This document shows, one piece after another, positions 26,532 through 40,859 of a DNA stretch of 64,000 nt. The stretch is taken from contig NC_068986.1 in NCBI RefSeq assembly GCF_001194135.2, forward strand, positions 111,774,477 to 111,838,476, given 5' to 3'. The DNA is from Octopus bimaculoides. Lineage: Eukaryota. The position numbers and the translations under genes were made by a program. The notes under the pieces were generated by a model. The model worked only from the letters and a program-made list of their open reading frames with translations, made no database searches and was not told the DNA's origin. The number at the start of each line of letters is the position of its first letter. The stretch's first letter is position 1.

Positions 26532-26876
26532 AAACTACATACGTTTCTGTTTACAGTAAACATTTGTCTATGGTAGAGGTACGCGTATAAAAAATTCAAA
26601 ACGCTAAGAATTCATACATTTAAATAAGTCAAAGTCATCTGCAGATTATGGAATTATATCATACAATAATTTTGTGTGAAGATTGCATTCATATATTATG
26701 AAACATTCCTGCTGCCAGATAATGAACTATTCTCCATGTCCAAAAGCCGCTGAAGATAAATACTCCAAGGAGTAAATTATTGGAATAACCATTGTCTATT
26801 GACTGTCATAGGAGCTGTTCGCGAATGTAATGAGTTGAACGCCAACTGGGCCGTTGCTACAATAACAGCGCTAGGT

Positions 26877-26989
26877 GTGCTACGTGTGCTACGTGTGCTA
26901 CGTGTGCTACGTGTGCTACGTGTGCTACGTGTGCTACGTGTGCTACGTGTGCTACGTGTGCTACGTGTGCTACGTGTGCTACGTGTGCT
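26877..26989. repeat. Perfect 9-bp minisatellite (GTGCTACGT)x12 plus a partial unit
   Basis: Read directly. Preceded by one diverged unit, GCGCTAGGT. Confidence 0.95.
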
Positions 26990-29384
26990 CTTTGATAGCA
27001 TTACGCTATCAGCGAGTGACATAAATTGACAAAATCAGTGGATAGTTGTTCATATTGCCTTATTTCCACGTGTATGAACAGAGTTTTACTGATGACCATT
27101 GAAAGATATTAATGACAGAAATTCATCGTTTCTATAGATTAATCAGATGAAGACGACTAAATGTAACACTTCCAGAATACAGCAAAAGCTAGTTGGTGGT
27201 TTCTTGCGAACGAATAGGGCTTGATATGGACGTCATATCAAACTGTCACTTGTGACCCAGAAAAGACATGAAAAGAGGAAGTCCCCCAACCAGCCCCAGC
27301 AGTATCAGGTTATTCTTATTTATAGATTAAAATAATATACAAGCAAATGCCTTGCAGAAGGATACAATTTTCAATATGATCCAGGTATTCAGCCTTCCAT
27401 TGTGTGATCCTGTGCCGAATAATTCTAACCACCATGTCTTGTAATTCATATTTATAGATTATTATATGCTGTGTGGATTACTTATACTTTAGGTGAAATT
27501 TTTTGAAAATATGACTGAATTTCTATTTGCAGAAAGCGATTTAGTAGTAATTTTTACGAATCAAAGTTCTCCCAAAAATCGCTCTCAACACCTTAACAGG
27601 AGAAGAATTAAACAAATAATCTCCTCTTAGATTGTTAAACAAAGACGCGTCGCTCGTCGCTGGCAAGTGATAAATCATAGATTTCCTACTTGAAGTTTGT
27701 CATGGTGCCAATCAACACAAAAGATTAATTCTAAAACGAAACGGAAAATGTACAACTTCCACTCGCATAGAATTCATCTGTTATTTTTACTAAAGACAAA
27801 AATACACATTCTGAACACACATTGTAATTATTTGACTATATAGTTGGAGCATTATATACTTTATGGAAAGCGAAATATAGGACAATTGTAAATAATCTAC
27901 CAAAATTGATAGTAATACATAAATTGGCTGCTTCAGTCTGTATTCGGAACTGTATTGAGCATTTAGAACTGTGTAGTTATTATCTCTTGTTCTACACTTA
28001 TTTAACACGTCTTAACATTGAACATTTCCAGGCAGCCAATCAGAGCAATTATCGCCATACATTCAGAGAAAAACACAGCTGTTTTAGGTTACGGTATACC
28101 TTTTTTATTTGATTATAGAATGAACTACAATGTTTTGCACGAAATAGCTGCCATATATTTATCACAAAACACACACCTTTGTAGACAACGAGATATTTTA
28201 TACCGCCTTAACATTGCTCAAACATGTGTTACCTACATGCAACGTAGATGCCACCAGTCAACCCTGAATTATTTCCATAAAAAGGAACATTCGGAGCAAC
28301 ATTTATTGCAGGTGGTTATACCTTCCTTGTTTCTTCTAACGGGAAAACAAATGATAACTTCGGTGCCACTAATATGAATAAAGCACCAATGGAACCCAGT
28401 TCATATGAATGGCCTTCGACTGAAGCAGGCATCGGCGCTCAAAGTTCAGTGGCTCACTACAATGGGGGATCCTTAATATAAAGAGAACTGTATCCTAAAG
28501 ACCCAGAAACTATTTTAACTACCAACGACTGCTGATATGAACAGGGATATTGTGAGATCCATAATATAGTCGTGTTCACATACCTGGGACGGTGCTGTTT
28601 TTACGTTGCAGTTCTCTCAGTAAGCCATAGCTCTCTCTCCTAAGCCTGCTTTTGTTTCTACTCTGATCCTCGGGCTTAGCTCTACTCGTCCATCAATAAG
28701 TCAGGTACTATCCACGCCTAACCCATATTTTGTATTCTTGTCACTCGTAGTACGAATATTTCCCACAGTTCTGCACTCAACAATACCCTCTACTTACCCA
28801 GAATATCGGCCATTCGATATTGTAACCGTAGATATAAATCATGTGACATTCATGGCTGGAATTCATTTCATTATACACAACCCGATCAAAGCTGAACTGT
28901 GTCTAAACAACAACAATATTTTATGTTGATTACATGTAATTATTCATATCGCTAATGGCATATTCTAATCAATCTAAACCGAATCGAAATTTCAAATACA
29001 TCAAAAGAGTGAGCTTAAAAAGTTAATTCGGCTGCTTCAGTTTCTACTATGTTATGAATGTTTAAGAAGTACTAGATTGCCTGAAACGAAATACATCATT
29101 TATTATTATTATTATTTTTTTTTTTTTTAGGAGTAAACCAGGGAAGCTTCATATGACCTTAATAGCTCGTAGAAGTATCACATAAATCTCATTAAATTCA
29201 CAGCTGATACTATTAAATACTGTTGTAGTTGTGTAACCTCATGTCAATGGTGATTGACGAGTCCTGCGCAGTATTCCAGCTGTGAATATTCCATTTTTCT
29301 ATTGGTATCTTGGAATAGACTGCAAATTGTCATTTCTTTATTTAATTAATATTTTTCATTAGTTCATTAATTTTTTGTAATTGT

Positions 29385-29590
29385 GGCACACGTTAGCAAT
29401 TTTCAACGGAGATAATCAGTAGATTACATCATACCAAGTGCTTGACTGCTGATGCTTTATTTCGACCAAGGAATGATGACGGCGAATGAACCTCAGTGAA
29501 ATTTGAACACAAAACACAAAAAATGAAGACCGGAAGAAATTGTGCCGAGTATTTTATCTGACGCACACACGATTTTGCTAGTTCGCTGCT
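29385..29590 (-). mobile_element. Degenerate SINE of the 57161 family
   Basis: GATTACATC...CAAGTGCTTGACTG...TTTATTTCGACC...GGAATGA...CCTCAGTGAAATTTGAAC, antisense to the family consensus seen at 57161. Confidence 0.5.
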
Positions 29591-31364
29591 TTATAGGATT
29601 ATTTAATGAAGCTAAATATATGATAAATAGACGACATGTAAATACGTTAACAGTTTTTATTACTGTCCTTTACAATGCCCGTAGAATACTCCATTGGCCT
29701 GGGAATTATACATGAATGAAATGAGATATCCGTATAAGAAACGGTATTATATATACCTAGCACTTTATGTTGTTTTTACTCGTCCTTTGTCAAAGTATGC
29801 AGTTTCGTCGTGTTTGAGTTCTCTTTTATACCGGAAATATCATGTAGAGAGACAGTTTCCCTCCTGAAGCTCGGCACAGGCACACATAAGTACAATAAAA
29901 AAAAATACAAAAGAGTAAGGGACATATTCCCAAGAAATGTAGCCAAAGCTAATTAATTTTGAAAACTTATCTATTTTTGTCCACATATTCAAAATATTAG
30001 TTTTAACGTTTAATGCATTGATGAAATAAATGTTTATGAAATATATGTGTATGTGTGTGAGCATGTTTATGTATATATATTTACATGCGTGTCTATAGTG
30101 TACAATTCATACATATATATNNNNNNNNNNNNNNNNNNNNNNNNNNNNNNNNNNNNNNNNNNNNNNNNNNNNNNNNNNNNNNNNNNNNNNNNNNNNNNNN
30201 NNNNNNNNNNNNNNNNNNNNNNNNNNNNNNNNNNNNNNNNNNNNNNNNNNNNNNNNNNNNNNNNNNNNNNNNNNNNNNNNNNNNNNNNNTATATATATAT
30301 ATATATATTTATAAGTTCTGCAGAAGTTATAAGGTGACGCATATGCACTCAGATCTGAGTTTACTGCATCTTATAACTGAAACAATCATAAGGCAATGGA
30401 GCGTATCGTAGGATATCCTGTTCTCTTGACACATTTTAATTACTGTATGTCTGTATACATAAACGAACGCGCGCACACACACACATACGTGTGTGTATGT
30501 GTGCTCGCACGTGCGTGTGTGTGTGTGTGTGTGTGTGCGTGTGCGTGCGTGCGTGAGTACATTGCATTTTCAAGTGCCCTGAAGAAGTTATAACCCCGAA
30601 ATATAAAAATACAAGATATCCTTGGAAAGTTGTGTTCATTGGATTTTCGTAGTTTACTTTGTAACTTCTCGCATTATTCTGGCCTTATACAACAAATATT
30701 TTTAAAGTTACACACCAACAAGCTTCACCAAAACTACTCAACTTTAAATTACTTAAATGTGTTACATATGTATGTATGTATATAGTAAATTCCTCACTAT
30801 TAGAGTTAAAGTCGAACAGCTGTCATGCTGATGAGGAATAATTAGACTGAAACTCGTGAAAACGTCTCTCACGTATCTCAAGACAATAAGCCTGTATTCT
30901 CACGAATCTTGTCATCATCCCCCTACCACAAATAGAGTAGTTCTTAATCGATCTGTATTAGTCATAATGCAAACTCTGGAGGCAGAGTTAGTTTTAATAA
31001 ATCAGTAAGATATATCTCGTGGTTTTTAAATACCTCAACATGTCTCCGATGTTTAAGATAGATGCCACTAAGTCATTTCATAAATATTTGTACATATGGT
31101 ATTGTACTTAACCACAAAATATCTATGTACGGTAACAGTGCTCACTGTGATGTAAATGACATTCTAGATATCAACTCATCGTGGTAGGATAACATAAACA
31201 TAAGCACCAAATACAATTTAAGATATAAATCTCCCTCAGAGGCGGGTACTTGGTGTGGAGTGGGTATAAAAAGTGAACACAAATGGTGTGTATATAATTG
31301 ATGTACATATATATTCTTTTATTCTTTCATGAATTCTACGCATAGTACTTATTCTATGAGTGAC

Positions 31365-31452
31365 TTTTGCTGAACCGCTATGTTACGGGGGCTTAAAGAC
31401 ACGATCATCGGGTGCCAAGAATTGGTAGGGGGACAAAAACTGATGCACAAAT

Positions 31453-31488
<36 letters not shown>

Positions 31489-31650
31489 ACACACACACAC
31501 AAACACATATGTATATCTACGACGGGCGTCTTCCAGTTCTCCTACCAAATCCACGCACAAGGATTTGGTCGGCCTGTGGCTATAGACACTTGGCCAAGGT
31601 GCGGCGCAATGGGACTGAACCCGGAACCATGTGGTTGAGAAAACAAACAC
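31365..31650 (-). mobile_element. Composite SINE: tRNA head, CORE-like segment, internal (TG)n microsatellite and 3' body
   Basis: AGACACTTGGCCAAGGTGCGGCGCAATGGGACTGAACCCGGAACC is an antisense CORE and B-box. After the (CA)n tract, TTTTGCTGAACCGCTATGTTACGGGG is antisense to 120-150 and 42424-42450. Confidence 0.75.
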
Positions 31651-31771
31651 ATCTAATTTTGTTGGATCTTAGAGAAGATAAGTTACAAATAATGGCGTGT
31701 AAATATAAGGTTGAAAACCTTTGATAGAAAAAAGTCGAAGTCTGACTGTAACATTTACAACATGCGTGTGT

Positions 31772-31806
<35 letters not shown>

Positions 31807-32613
31807 TGTGTGTGTACGTGAATATATTAAACTTCTCATTTCGATAACAATAGCATATTTGAAATGAATTATGGTCATATATAGGGTGATGTTATGAACT
31901 ACTATTTCCAGGACATCACATTGTGGCTGGTATCTCACTAACATCGACACCGTGTACAATTCCCGAAATATTTTTTTCCAAAAATAAAACACGATTGGTC
32001 GCAATATATCAGCGTTATTGCTATCAAATGCGAATCAAGAACCAAATCTAATATTTATTTTTTATATATTTATTTGTAGACAAATATTTATCTCGTTCTC
32101 CCCATCTACGTTTAGATGATTACCACACAATTTTTACCTTAGCACAACATCTAAATATTCTCATTGTTATGGAATCTTTCCAGTATTTACAATGCCAAAG
32201 ACGTTAGCTGCAAACTGTCTTTTGAAATCGTTATTACTATTTGTATAATTTATCAAACGTTCTCGCTATCCAAAACGGAAGAAAGATAAATACAACAAAC
32301 TAACCAGAAAATGATATTACACACACATCTGCCTACACACTCACTTACAGAGGCATATATATAAAGACGTATAGCACGGATACATAGCAGTTCAAACACA
32401 CACACGTTTCTACATGAATTATATATATGTGTGTGTTTATGTGTATAAACACACCTACAAATATATATATGTATATATATACATATACATACATACACAC
32501 ACACACACATATATAGGGAAAGTATGTATGCATATATAAATAGATATATAGACATATGTATATATACATACATACATACACACACACACATACACACATA
32601 CACACACACACAT

Positions 32614-32646
<33 letters not shown>

Positions 32647-32826
32647 AATATATGGGGAAGGGTGAACACATACAAATATGTGCACACTGTTATATACAGC
32701 AACCTATACGCGCATTTTCATCTATCTTGTGTGACTATATATGTGTATGTACATATATCAAGCATAGATACACACTAATATACGCACAGACACACACATA
32801 CACAAAAGTACATGTGCATATATATA

Positions 32827-32921
<95 letters not shown>

Positions 32922-33479
32922 AGGTTTATATATGTAGGTGTATATGTGTTTGTGTATGCGTGTGTGTCTGTGTGTTTCTATGCGTATTTGTGTGTGTATA
33001 ATATCGAATATATTTCTTTGCTGTGTGATTAATGATCATAATAACATATATTATAGTTCGTGAGCTTTCTCTCTATTGATTTAGACGTACAAATATTAAA
33101 GAAAAAACACATCGTGGTCAATATATCACAGCTTGTATGAGTAAAGTGGTGTTATATCAACATAAATCTTCAAATCTCTCTGTCAGTTAAACTGCAATAG
33201 AAAGAAAAATATGGAGATGTTGATAATGCGTTACGTTGTTAAAGGGAAGAAGAAGAGGAAGAAAGAAACCAAGAAAAGATGTATAATTCTCTTTTTCCCG
33301 GTTCTGGTAGTATGATGAATTTAATAAATGTGTGCTGCTCTGGCAGCGAAACTTGAAATTAATTAAAGTACCTAAATGATAAAATAAATCCTACTTCATC
33401 GTGCGCGCGTGTGCGAACACACACACACTTGCAAACACATGGAAATACACTAAGTTACCCACAACATATGATATATATA

Positions 33480-33572
<93 letters not shown>

Positions 33573-33634
33573 CTATGCGTGTGTGCATGTGGGTGTGTGT
33601 GAGTGCATGTAAGGGCGAACGTAGGTGTGTATAC

Positions 33635-33665
<31 letters not shown>

Positions 33666-35208
33666 CGTTAAACTAGAAAAGGAACAAATACTGTAGTAAA
33701 ATTCAGGACACGGAAGATAAAAAGCAGATTTGAAATGTTACACATCAATTCTTGTAACAATCGAAATGAATATCTTGGCCGTATTGATTCGTTTAATATT
33801 GAATTTATGCGACTTTTCATATTGTCTACTAATTAATTAGTCATAATTTCAACTTTCTATGAACTCGTAAATTTAATTGCGTATAATCATGTAATATTTA
33901 GTCATGCAGATGTGGTTATACTACACTTTACCAATCAGATATTTACTGAGCATATTCAATCTTCTTCGCCTCTTAGTTTCTTTAACCTAAGTTAAATCGT
34001 TCTCTATGAGAGGATGTTGGTAGTAAGAAAATAAGCTTTCCTGAAAAAGAAGTAATATCTCCTGATACACAGTTATTGTTCCTGGAACTAAATACTAGAT
34101 TACATTTCTTCAAGCATATTTATAAGATCGTTTCCAGCACTGAATGTTAGGTATTTTCGCTGGGTTATTATTTATGTAACGACGATATTTTCCATTGTAT
34201 ACTATAGCGAGAACAATAATTGCAACAACAAACCACAAATATCTGGGAGAGACTACGAAACTTCCTCACTGTTACACACTAAGTTCTACGACTCACAAAT
34301 CCTTGTTGCATTTATTTTATTACGTATCCTTAGCTAATCCTTGCCATGGTTTGACTGCGCAATTATAGCAGCCATATACCTTGTCGTTTTCATCTTTGTT
34401 GTTCTTTTGTGCCCTGTTCTTTTTGATAGGGCCTTTCTACGATTAAATTCATTCCATCTGTTTCAGTTATCCCTCTTAGTGAAGCATTCTTTGCACTGTC
34501 TTCCGTATCCAATGTATATTTTACAATACGCAGGGATATGATATGATCTAAATTTAGCTACTAGAAATAGCAGCTACGTATCGGATTCTTCACTCACTTT
34601 TGATGCTCTCTCACTGGTAAGAGTCACAGATGCTCTAGTTGATATTCTGAAGCACTCTTTAGAGACGAACGCAATTATCATTTTACACTATCAATGTTAC
34701 GCTCATATATATGCTCACACAAACAAAGCATATATGCACGTTCAAAAACGCATAGAAATGTATATTCGGAAGAACGCAGATACACTAACGGAACAAGAAG
34801 AAGAAAAAACAGGAAAATCGACAAATTGTGCTGCTATGAAAGATCCAATGACGAGATATCATATTGTCAGCGTTTTGTTTTAAGGACACAAAGTTGGTAA
34901 GAAAACATACTTACAAACACAACACATGTTCACACATGCACAACACATACATAAACTCATAGACAAATGCATCTACATTGATACACACAACACTAATTAA
35001 CAAGATTGCCAGTTAAGTATCGCATCAAGAGTTTAAAACAAAATAGAAAATATAACCACAATTTAAACCGAAATAAAAATAAACCAATCAGATAAGCTAA
35101 AGAACATGAAATTCTTATCGCAAAACACTTTTCTCCAAGGGTCTGGCATCAGTTTAGTTGCAAAGACAGTGGATATAACTGCTAAAACAGCATACGCAGT
35201 TGAATAAA

Positions 35209-35244
<36 letters not shown>

Positions 35245-36448
35245 TATACATATATATATATACATATATNNNNNNNNNNNNNNNNNNNNNNNNNNNNNNN
35301 NNNNNNNNNNNNNNNNNNNNNNNNNNNNNNNNNNNNNNNNNNNNNNNNNNNNNNNNNNNNNNNNNNNNNNNNNNNNNNNNNNNNNNNNNNNNNNNNNNNN
35401 NNNNNNNNNNNNNNNNNNNNNNNNNNNNNNNNNNNNNNNNNNNNNNNNNNNNNNNNNNNNNNNNNNNNNNNNNNNNNNNNNNNNNNNNNNNNNNNNNNNN
35501 NNNNNNNNNNNNNNNNNNNNNNNNNNNNNNNNNNNNNNNNNNNNNNNNNNNNNNNNNNNNNNNNNNNNNNNNNNNNNNNNNNNNNNNNNNNNNNNNNNNN
35601 NNNNNNNNNNNNNNNNNNNNNNNNNNNNNNNNNNNNNNNNNNNNNNNNNNNNNNNNNNNNNNNNNNNNNNNNNNNNNNNNNNNNNNNNNNNNNNNNNNNN
35701 NNNNNNNNNNNNNNNNNNNNNNNNNNNNNNNNNNNNNNNNNNNNNNNNNNNNNNNNNNNNNNNNNNNNNNNNNNNNNNNNNNNNNNNNNNNNNNNNNNNN
35801 NNNNNNNNNNNNNNNNNNNNNNNNNNNNNNNNNNNNNNNNNNNNNNNNNNNNNNNNNNNNNNNNNNNNNNNNNNNNNNNNNNNNNNNNNNNNNNNNNNNN
35901 NNNNNNNNNNNNNNNNNNNNNNNNNNNNNNNNNNNNNNNNNNNNNNNNNNNNNNNNNNNNNNNNNNNNNNNNNNNNNNNNNNNNNNNNNNNNNNNNNNNN
36001 NNNNNNNNNNNNNNNNNNNNNNNNNNNNNNNNNNNNNNNNNNNNNNNNNNNNATATATATATATATATATATATATATAAACATTTTATATATATATACG
36101 TGTGTATTTATGTACGTATTTAAACTGTCACCTACGTTTGAATATGAATAAACATACTGTTATCGCAGAACTTAGAGATTAAGCGAAAGATTTCTCTTTA
36201 CTCAACAGGAGTGTTGGCTATGAGAGAAGCGAGACATACAATATGCACTTTATATTTCACACTGTGGCACTACATTCTTGGTTACTTCTTAATATATTAT
36301 ATGTGTTGCATATTTCCCACTTCAGTATTCACCAATCTGTCTTCCCCGCTACATTATATCCTTTCTTTGAGGTTCCACCGAATCACAGCTTACTGCACCT
36401 GCACACACGCACACACGCACGCACACACACACACACACATACACACAC

Positions 36449-36540
36449 GCACACACATCATGTTGCTCACGCACACACATCACGTTGCTCACACACACAC
36501 ATCATGTTGCTCACGCACACACATCATGTTGCTCACGCAC
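36449..36540. repeat. 22-bp tandem repeat x4 derived from (CA)n
   Basis: GCACACACATCATGTTGCTCAC x4 with single substitutions and no spacers. Confidence 0.9.
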
Positions 36541-36739
36541 AAATCCTCTAAACGTAGACAGGTAAAAAAAAAAAAGTTGCAATTATATGCGATTCACCCA
36601 GAAAGTTGTATTACTCGCATACCCCAATATGGCTCTGGGGAATTATTTCAAAGATGCATGTTTCTATGGAATGGGCACCTCCTATAATATTCTTACTACG
36701 ATAGCAACTTTGCAGCGTCTAGATACTTTGTTTTTTTTT

Positions 36740-37660
36740 TCTTAAGAACCATTATGATAATGGTTAGCTGAAATTTTCTCCATTTCGTCACATAAATTGT
36801 TTCACAGATTTTAAACTGCCCTTCTCACCTTTCACAACCGAATAACTAAACCCAACTGGCTTATCTCCATCGGAAGCTCTGTACGTAGTCTTGGTGTACT
36901 TTGGCTCTGCTGATCTCCATATATCTATTTCGCTCGTATTTCTAAACTGATTTCTCCCAAAATGTGATTATAGAGTTCACAGTGATCTCACTGAAAGCTT
37001 TAACATATCACCAGGATATTTTCGATTCATGCTTGTATGATGTGATTTTTTGCATTACACGAATCAGATCGCTATCAATGGAATGAACTAAGATTTGTTA
37101 CTCAGTTGTAAGTGATACTGGTTTGAGAATATGTCACTCTTCTCCAATTGATATCCCACAAATATCGACTGAAGAGTTGTTTGCCGCAAAAGATGATTGC
37201 AATAACGTTAGCTTCTTCAACACGTAAGACGTTCTATATTTTCTCCCCAACATTATACTGGAGTTGGAGTAATCGTTACGTTGTAAGGTAGCACCATCTT
37301 GCGCTCCATTCAATATGTATCGTTAAATCCTATTGGTCTACTTAGCCGTAGACAACGTATGTCCTAGTGATGAGCCAAAATTCAAAATATTCCAATATGA
37401 AGAGAAAGACACTTCTATCGGACTATGGCAGATTATCGTCGTAGATACTAAGAAATCTAGAAGCATACAAAGTTTCAGATATAAAAGCATGTATCTGCTG
37501 GTTTTACCACTTCCCCCTGTATATGAACAAACTTATTATGTCCTTTCAACACGAACATTAAAATCACCAAGTAGAACGATTTTAACCTCAATGATAATAG
37601 CAATTCAAAAAAATATTTGTATTTTCTCTTTCGCACCTACTAGTGTAGGACATGAACAAT
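36740..37660 (-). mobile_element. RTE-clade LINE relic, AP-endonuclease region
   Basis: Minus strand CPTLVGAKEK...KIVLLGDFNVRVER (YAPT...LLGDFNARVG motif), followed by weaker linker similarity. Confidence 0.6.
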
Positions 37661-39075
37661 AATGGAAGTGAAAAGCTGATTATTTAAGAGAGAAATTTGA
37701 ACATGAAAATAGTATTCACTAGCAGGAATTGTATTGTGTTCTTGCAGACATGAGTTTCAACGTCTTTGGTGCCAAGCTACATCGGCCCCTGTGCCTTTGC
37801 CTTGAACAATATTAGTGGCGTGGAGAGGGGTGATCGGCATGCATTGGAAACTGCTGGTCTTCCAGAAGTAAATTTGCTTGGACATGAACATCGGAGGGAA
37901 CTTTCTAGGTTCAATCTCATGGTAATTCATGACCGACGGGGGTCCTTACTTTTGTAGCAGAAACTTATAAAAATATATAATTTTTTCGCAGAAATAGCTA
38001 TCTGACAAAAACAGAAGGTAAGGGTCCGTGTTTCGTAGCTCTTAAGCTGTTCTTCTTTTTCGAATTAAACTCTATTTCACCATTCTCAATTAGCTATCAG
38101 CTGACCAACAAGGCACTCTCGGTTCAGCAGCACACACACGCACACACACACACACAGAAACATATGTACATCTACATATAGATCACGAGCTGTCTTTTTC
38201 CATAAAATCAACGAGATAATTTTTTTTTCAGGAGGTCAATGTAGGCATTTTAAAGTTAACACGTGACAAATCTATTCCACGTTCAGATCTCTTAGAAATT
38301 CTAAGATTCACCAATGTCTTACATTTCAAACTTAGGAAGTACATTTTGATGCAAGCCGAATCCCAGCCTGCAAGAGCTGTAATTTTGAATAACACTTTAT
38401 TTTTCACTCCTTCACAAAGGAGACATGGATGTAGGCGCCAAGAACATATAATACAGTAATCAAACAATAAACGCCAATCCGGCATCAATAACAAACGTGA
38501 TGGTTCGCAACTGAACGGATTGGAAATACATTAACTCCTTTTACTCTTATAAGCTCTTTAGCAAATTTCGATTTATAACATTGAGTAAAAAAGAAAACAA
38601 ATAATATATAGAAAAAAAACAAAAAAAGTACTCAAGGAAAACAAACTAAAGACATCTGCATGAAATAATAGCTGGTGGACAACGCTGATCATCTTCGTTT
38701 CAACCATTCTATTTTTTATAATAAACCGCGCGATATTGTTAGATGCTTCCTGAAGTAGGGGCCTACCGTGTATACAGTTGACTGGTCTCTGGCTGAAAAA
38801 CTGTCAGTTCACTAAGCATTTGTTAACCTCCCTTTCATTCTATAATTATTTGTTGACTGTACTAAGGAGATAACTGAGTGACGAAAACATGAGAGAAAAT
38901 GTACATAACCAGATGCAAACACCTACAGAAACCTAAAGGAAGAAAACATATTCCAAAGACATACTTTCCTGGTTCACACAAGAAATCAATAAATGTTTCT
39001 GTAGCTTAGTGTTAAAGACATGTAGGTTTAGTGTCAGAATGTGTGTGTGTGTGAGCTTATACACCAACACACACA

Positions 39076-39122
<47 letters not shown>

Positions 39123-39164
39123 ACACACGAACACACATCTACTTATTAATATATATATACATAA

Positions 39165-39204
<40 letters not shown>

Positions 39205-40859
39205 TTGTGTATACATGTGTGTGTCTCTAGAATGTGTAACATAATGTATACCTACACGCATATTTATCTAGCTAGCTATGTATCAATCTATCTATATGTA
39301 TGTGTGTGTACGTGTGTGTGCATTTGCATCTATGCATGTATATATAAGGTCGTATGTGCATTGTTGTATTACGTTCAATTGTCTACGAAATACTCATTCA
39401 CTACACAAGGGAACGAGGGATTCCGTCTGTGAAAACTCGAGGAAAATCAAAATTAGTCAATGCGATATATATTCATGGTGATATTTGTATCGTAGATGGT
39501 TGTTTGTTGGCAGTTATGCACCAGATTAATGACTTCCAAATTCTAAATTATGTGATCTAGCTGCGAATTGGGTGAGATCATTTTATTGGAGATGTAGCTA
39601 GGGAACTTGATTACTTAATAATTTTTAAGAGACAGACAGTAAAGAACGCCCTCCCGTTGTCTCAAACGCATAGTTTGATTTTCATGGTTATGAGACGTCT
39701 TGGTGCAGTCATTTTCCCACCACCTACTTGGCGTCGCTTATTCAGCGCAGATTTATATTGATATCATACCTTTTCATTGTCTCTCTTTCTCATGATTCTC
39801 CTCTACCCTTTACCATTCTCACTTGCTTTCTGTCTTCTTCTCCGTTTATATGTGTGAGCATATTTCTCGTTTTGTGAATGAAGGTAACTGTTTATATCAA
39901 TCCAGTACAATTCATATGTGTCTCTCTCCTCCTGTCTCTCTCTCACGCTTTTTAACTAATATTTCTATTCCTGCAAGCGCATGGTTACACATGTGCTAAG
40001 GAAATAGACATTTCATAGCATAAAAGTAACATAGACCCAACGTCACTTATAGAAACCAAGGGTGATTTCTTGAGACAATATTTTGGGAGTAGAAAACTGT
40101 TTCCTACGCCATCAAGTACGGCAATTCAATCCGAGATATTATCAAGTTTCTTAAAAGTCGAAATCTAGATAAAGTGCTCAATGAGTTTAAAATACTGGGG
40201 TACTCATAATTCACATAGACACGGAAGAAAACTCAACACAAATATATTCATATAAAATATATTTTAATTAAAGCGAGACATGCATATATTTTAGGTAAGT
40301 AATTAATCACAAAGAGAATTAATTAATACGTTCGGTAGTCGATTCTAAGATTAATTAGTTGAGAGAAACGCGTCCATGTGTTGCTAATTAATGAATATTT
40401 TATTTTAATATATTAGGTGTGTGTATGTTTGTGTGTATGTGTATTCGTGCACGCGTGTGTCTGTGTTGTGAGAGTGCGTTTCCTGTTTGCACAATCTTCG
40501 TCAATGTATATATTGTGGCATTCTTAATATTCGTTGAGCACATTCACTAGATTTTGGTTTTCAATGCTCATTCATGCAGTATATGAGAAAGAATTCTGCA
40601 TATATGAAGACACACACACATACACATTAACAGATACACATATACAAACACACAGATATATACACAGACAAACACATACATGTTCAAGAAATTATGTCAA
40701 ATGTTATATGACGTATATATATATATCAGTGCGTATGCATTTGTTACTTTTTATTATATATATGCATATGTACGTGTAAGAGAGTGGTAGGGAGTATAGT
40801 ATAACAACCAAATATATAGACAGGTAGAGAAATAAGTAGATTGATAGAATGATATGTTG

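Noticed and set aside
26799-27029. ORF with (VLR)12 resembling a voltage-sensor S4 helix
   Set aside because: It comes from a perfect 9-bp DNA repeat with no synonymous variation, a non-ATG start and no flanking channel helices.
28700-28860. EYRPFDIVTVDI resembling the start of an LTR integrase core
   Set aside because: A single short motif; no downstream DDE residues or LTR structure found.
30828-30866. CTGATGAG...GAAAC...GTC hammerhead-like motif
   Set aside because: Core nucleotides are present, but stems I and II do not base-pair in this copy.
34200-34540. Minus-strand TEDSAKNASLRGI...GCYNC resembling a LINE ORF1 RRM and Zn-knuckle
   Set aside because: Too short and degenerate to support without a profile search.
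36449-36540. Regular 22-bp repeats as a possible CRISPR array
   Set aside because: Head-to-tail units without unique spacers, derived from (CA)n, in a eukaryotic context with no cas genes.
37333-37662. 109-aa plus-strand ORF
   Set aside because: Antisense shadow of the RTE endonuclease relic (LLGDFN motif on the minus strand).
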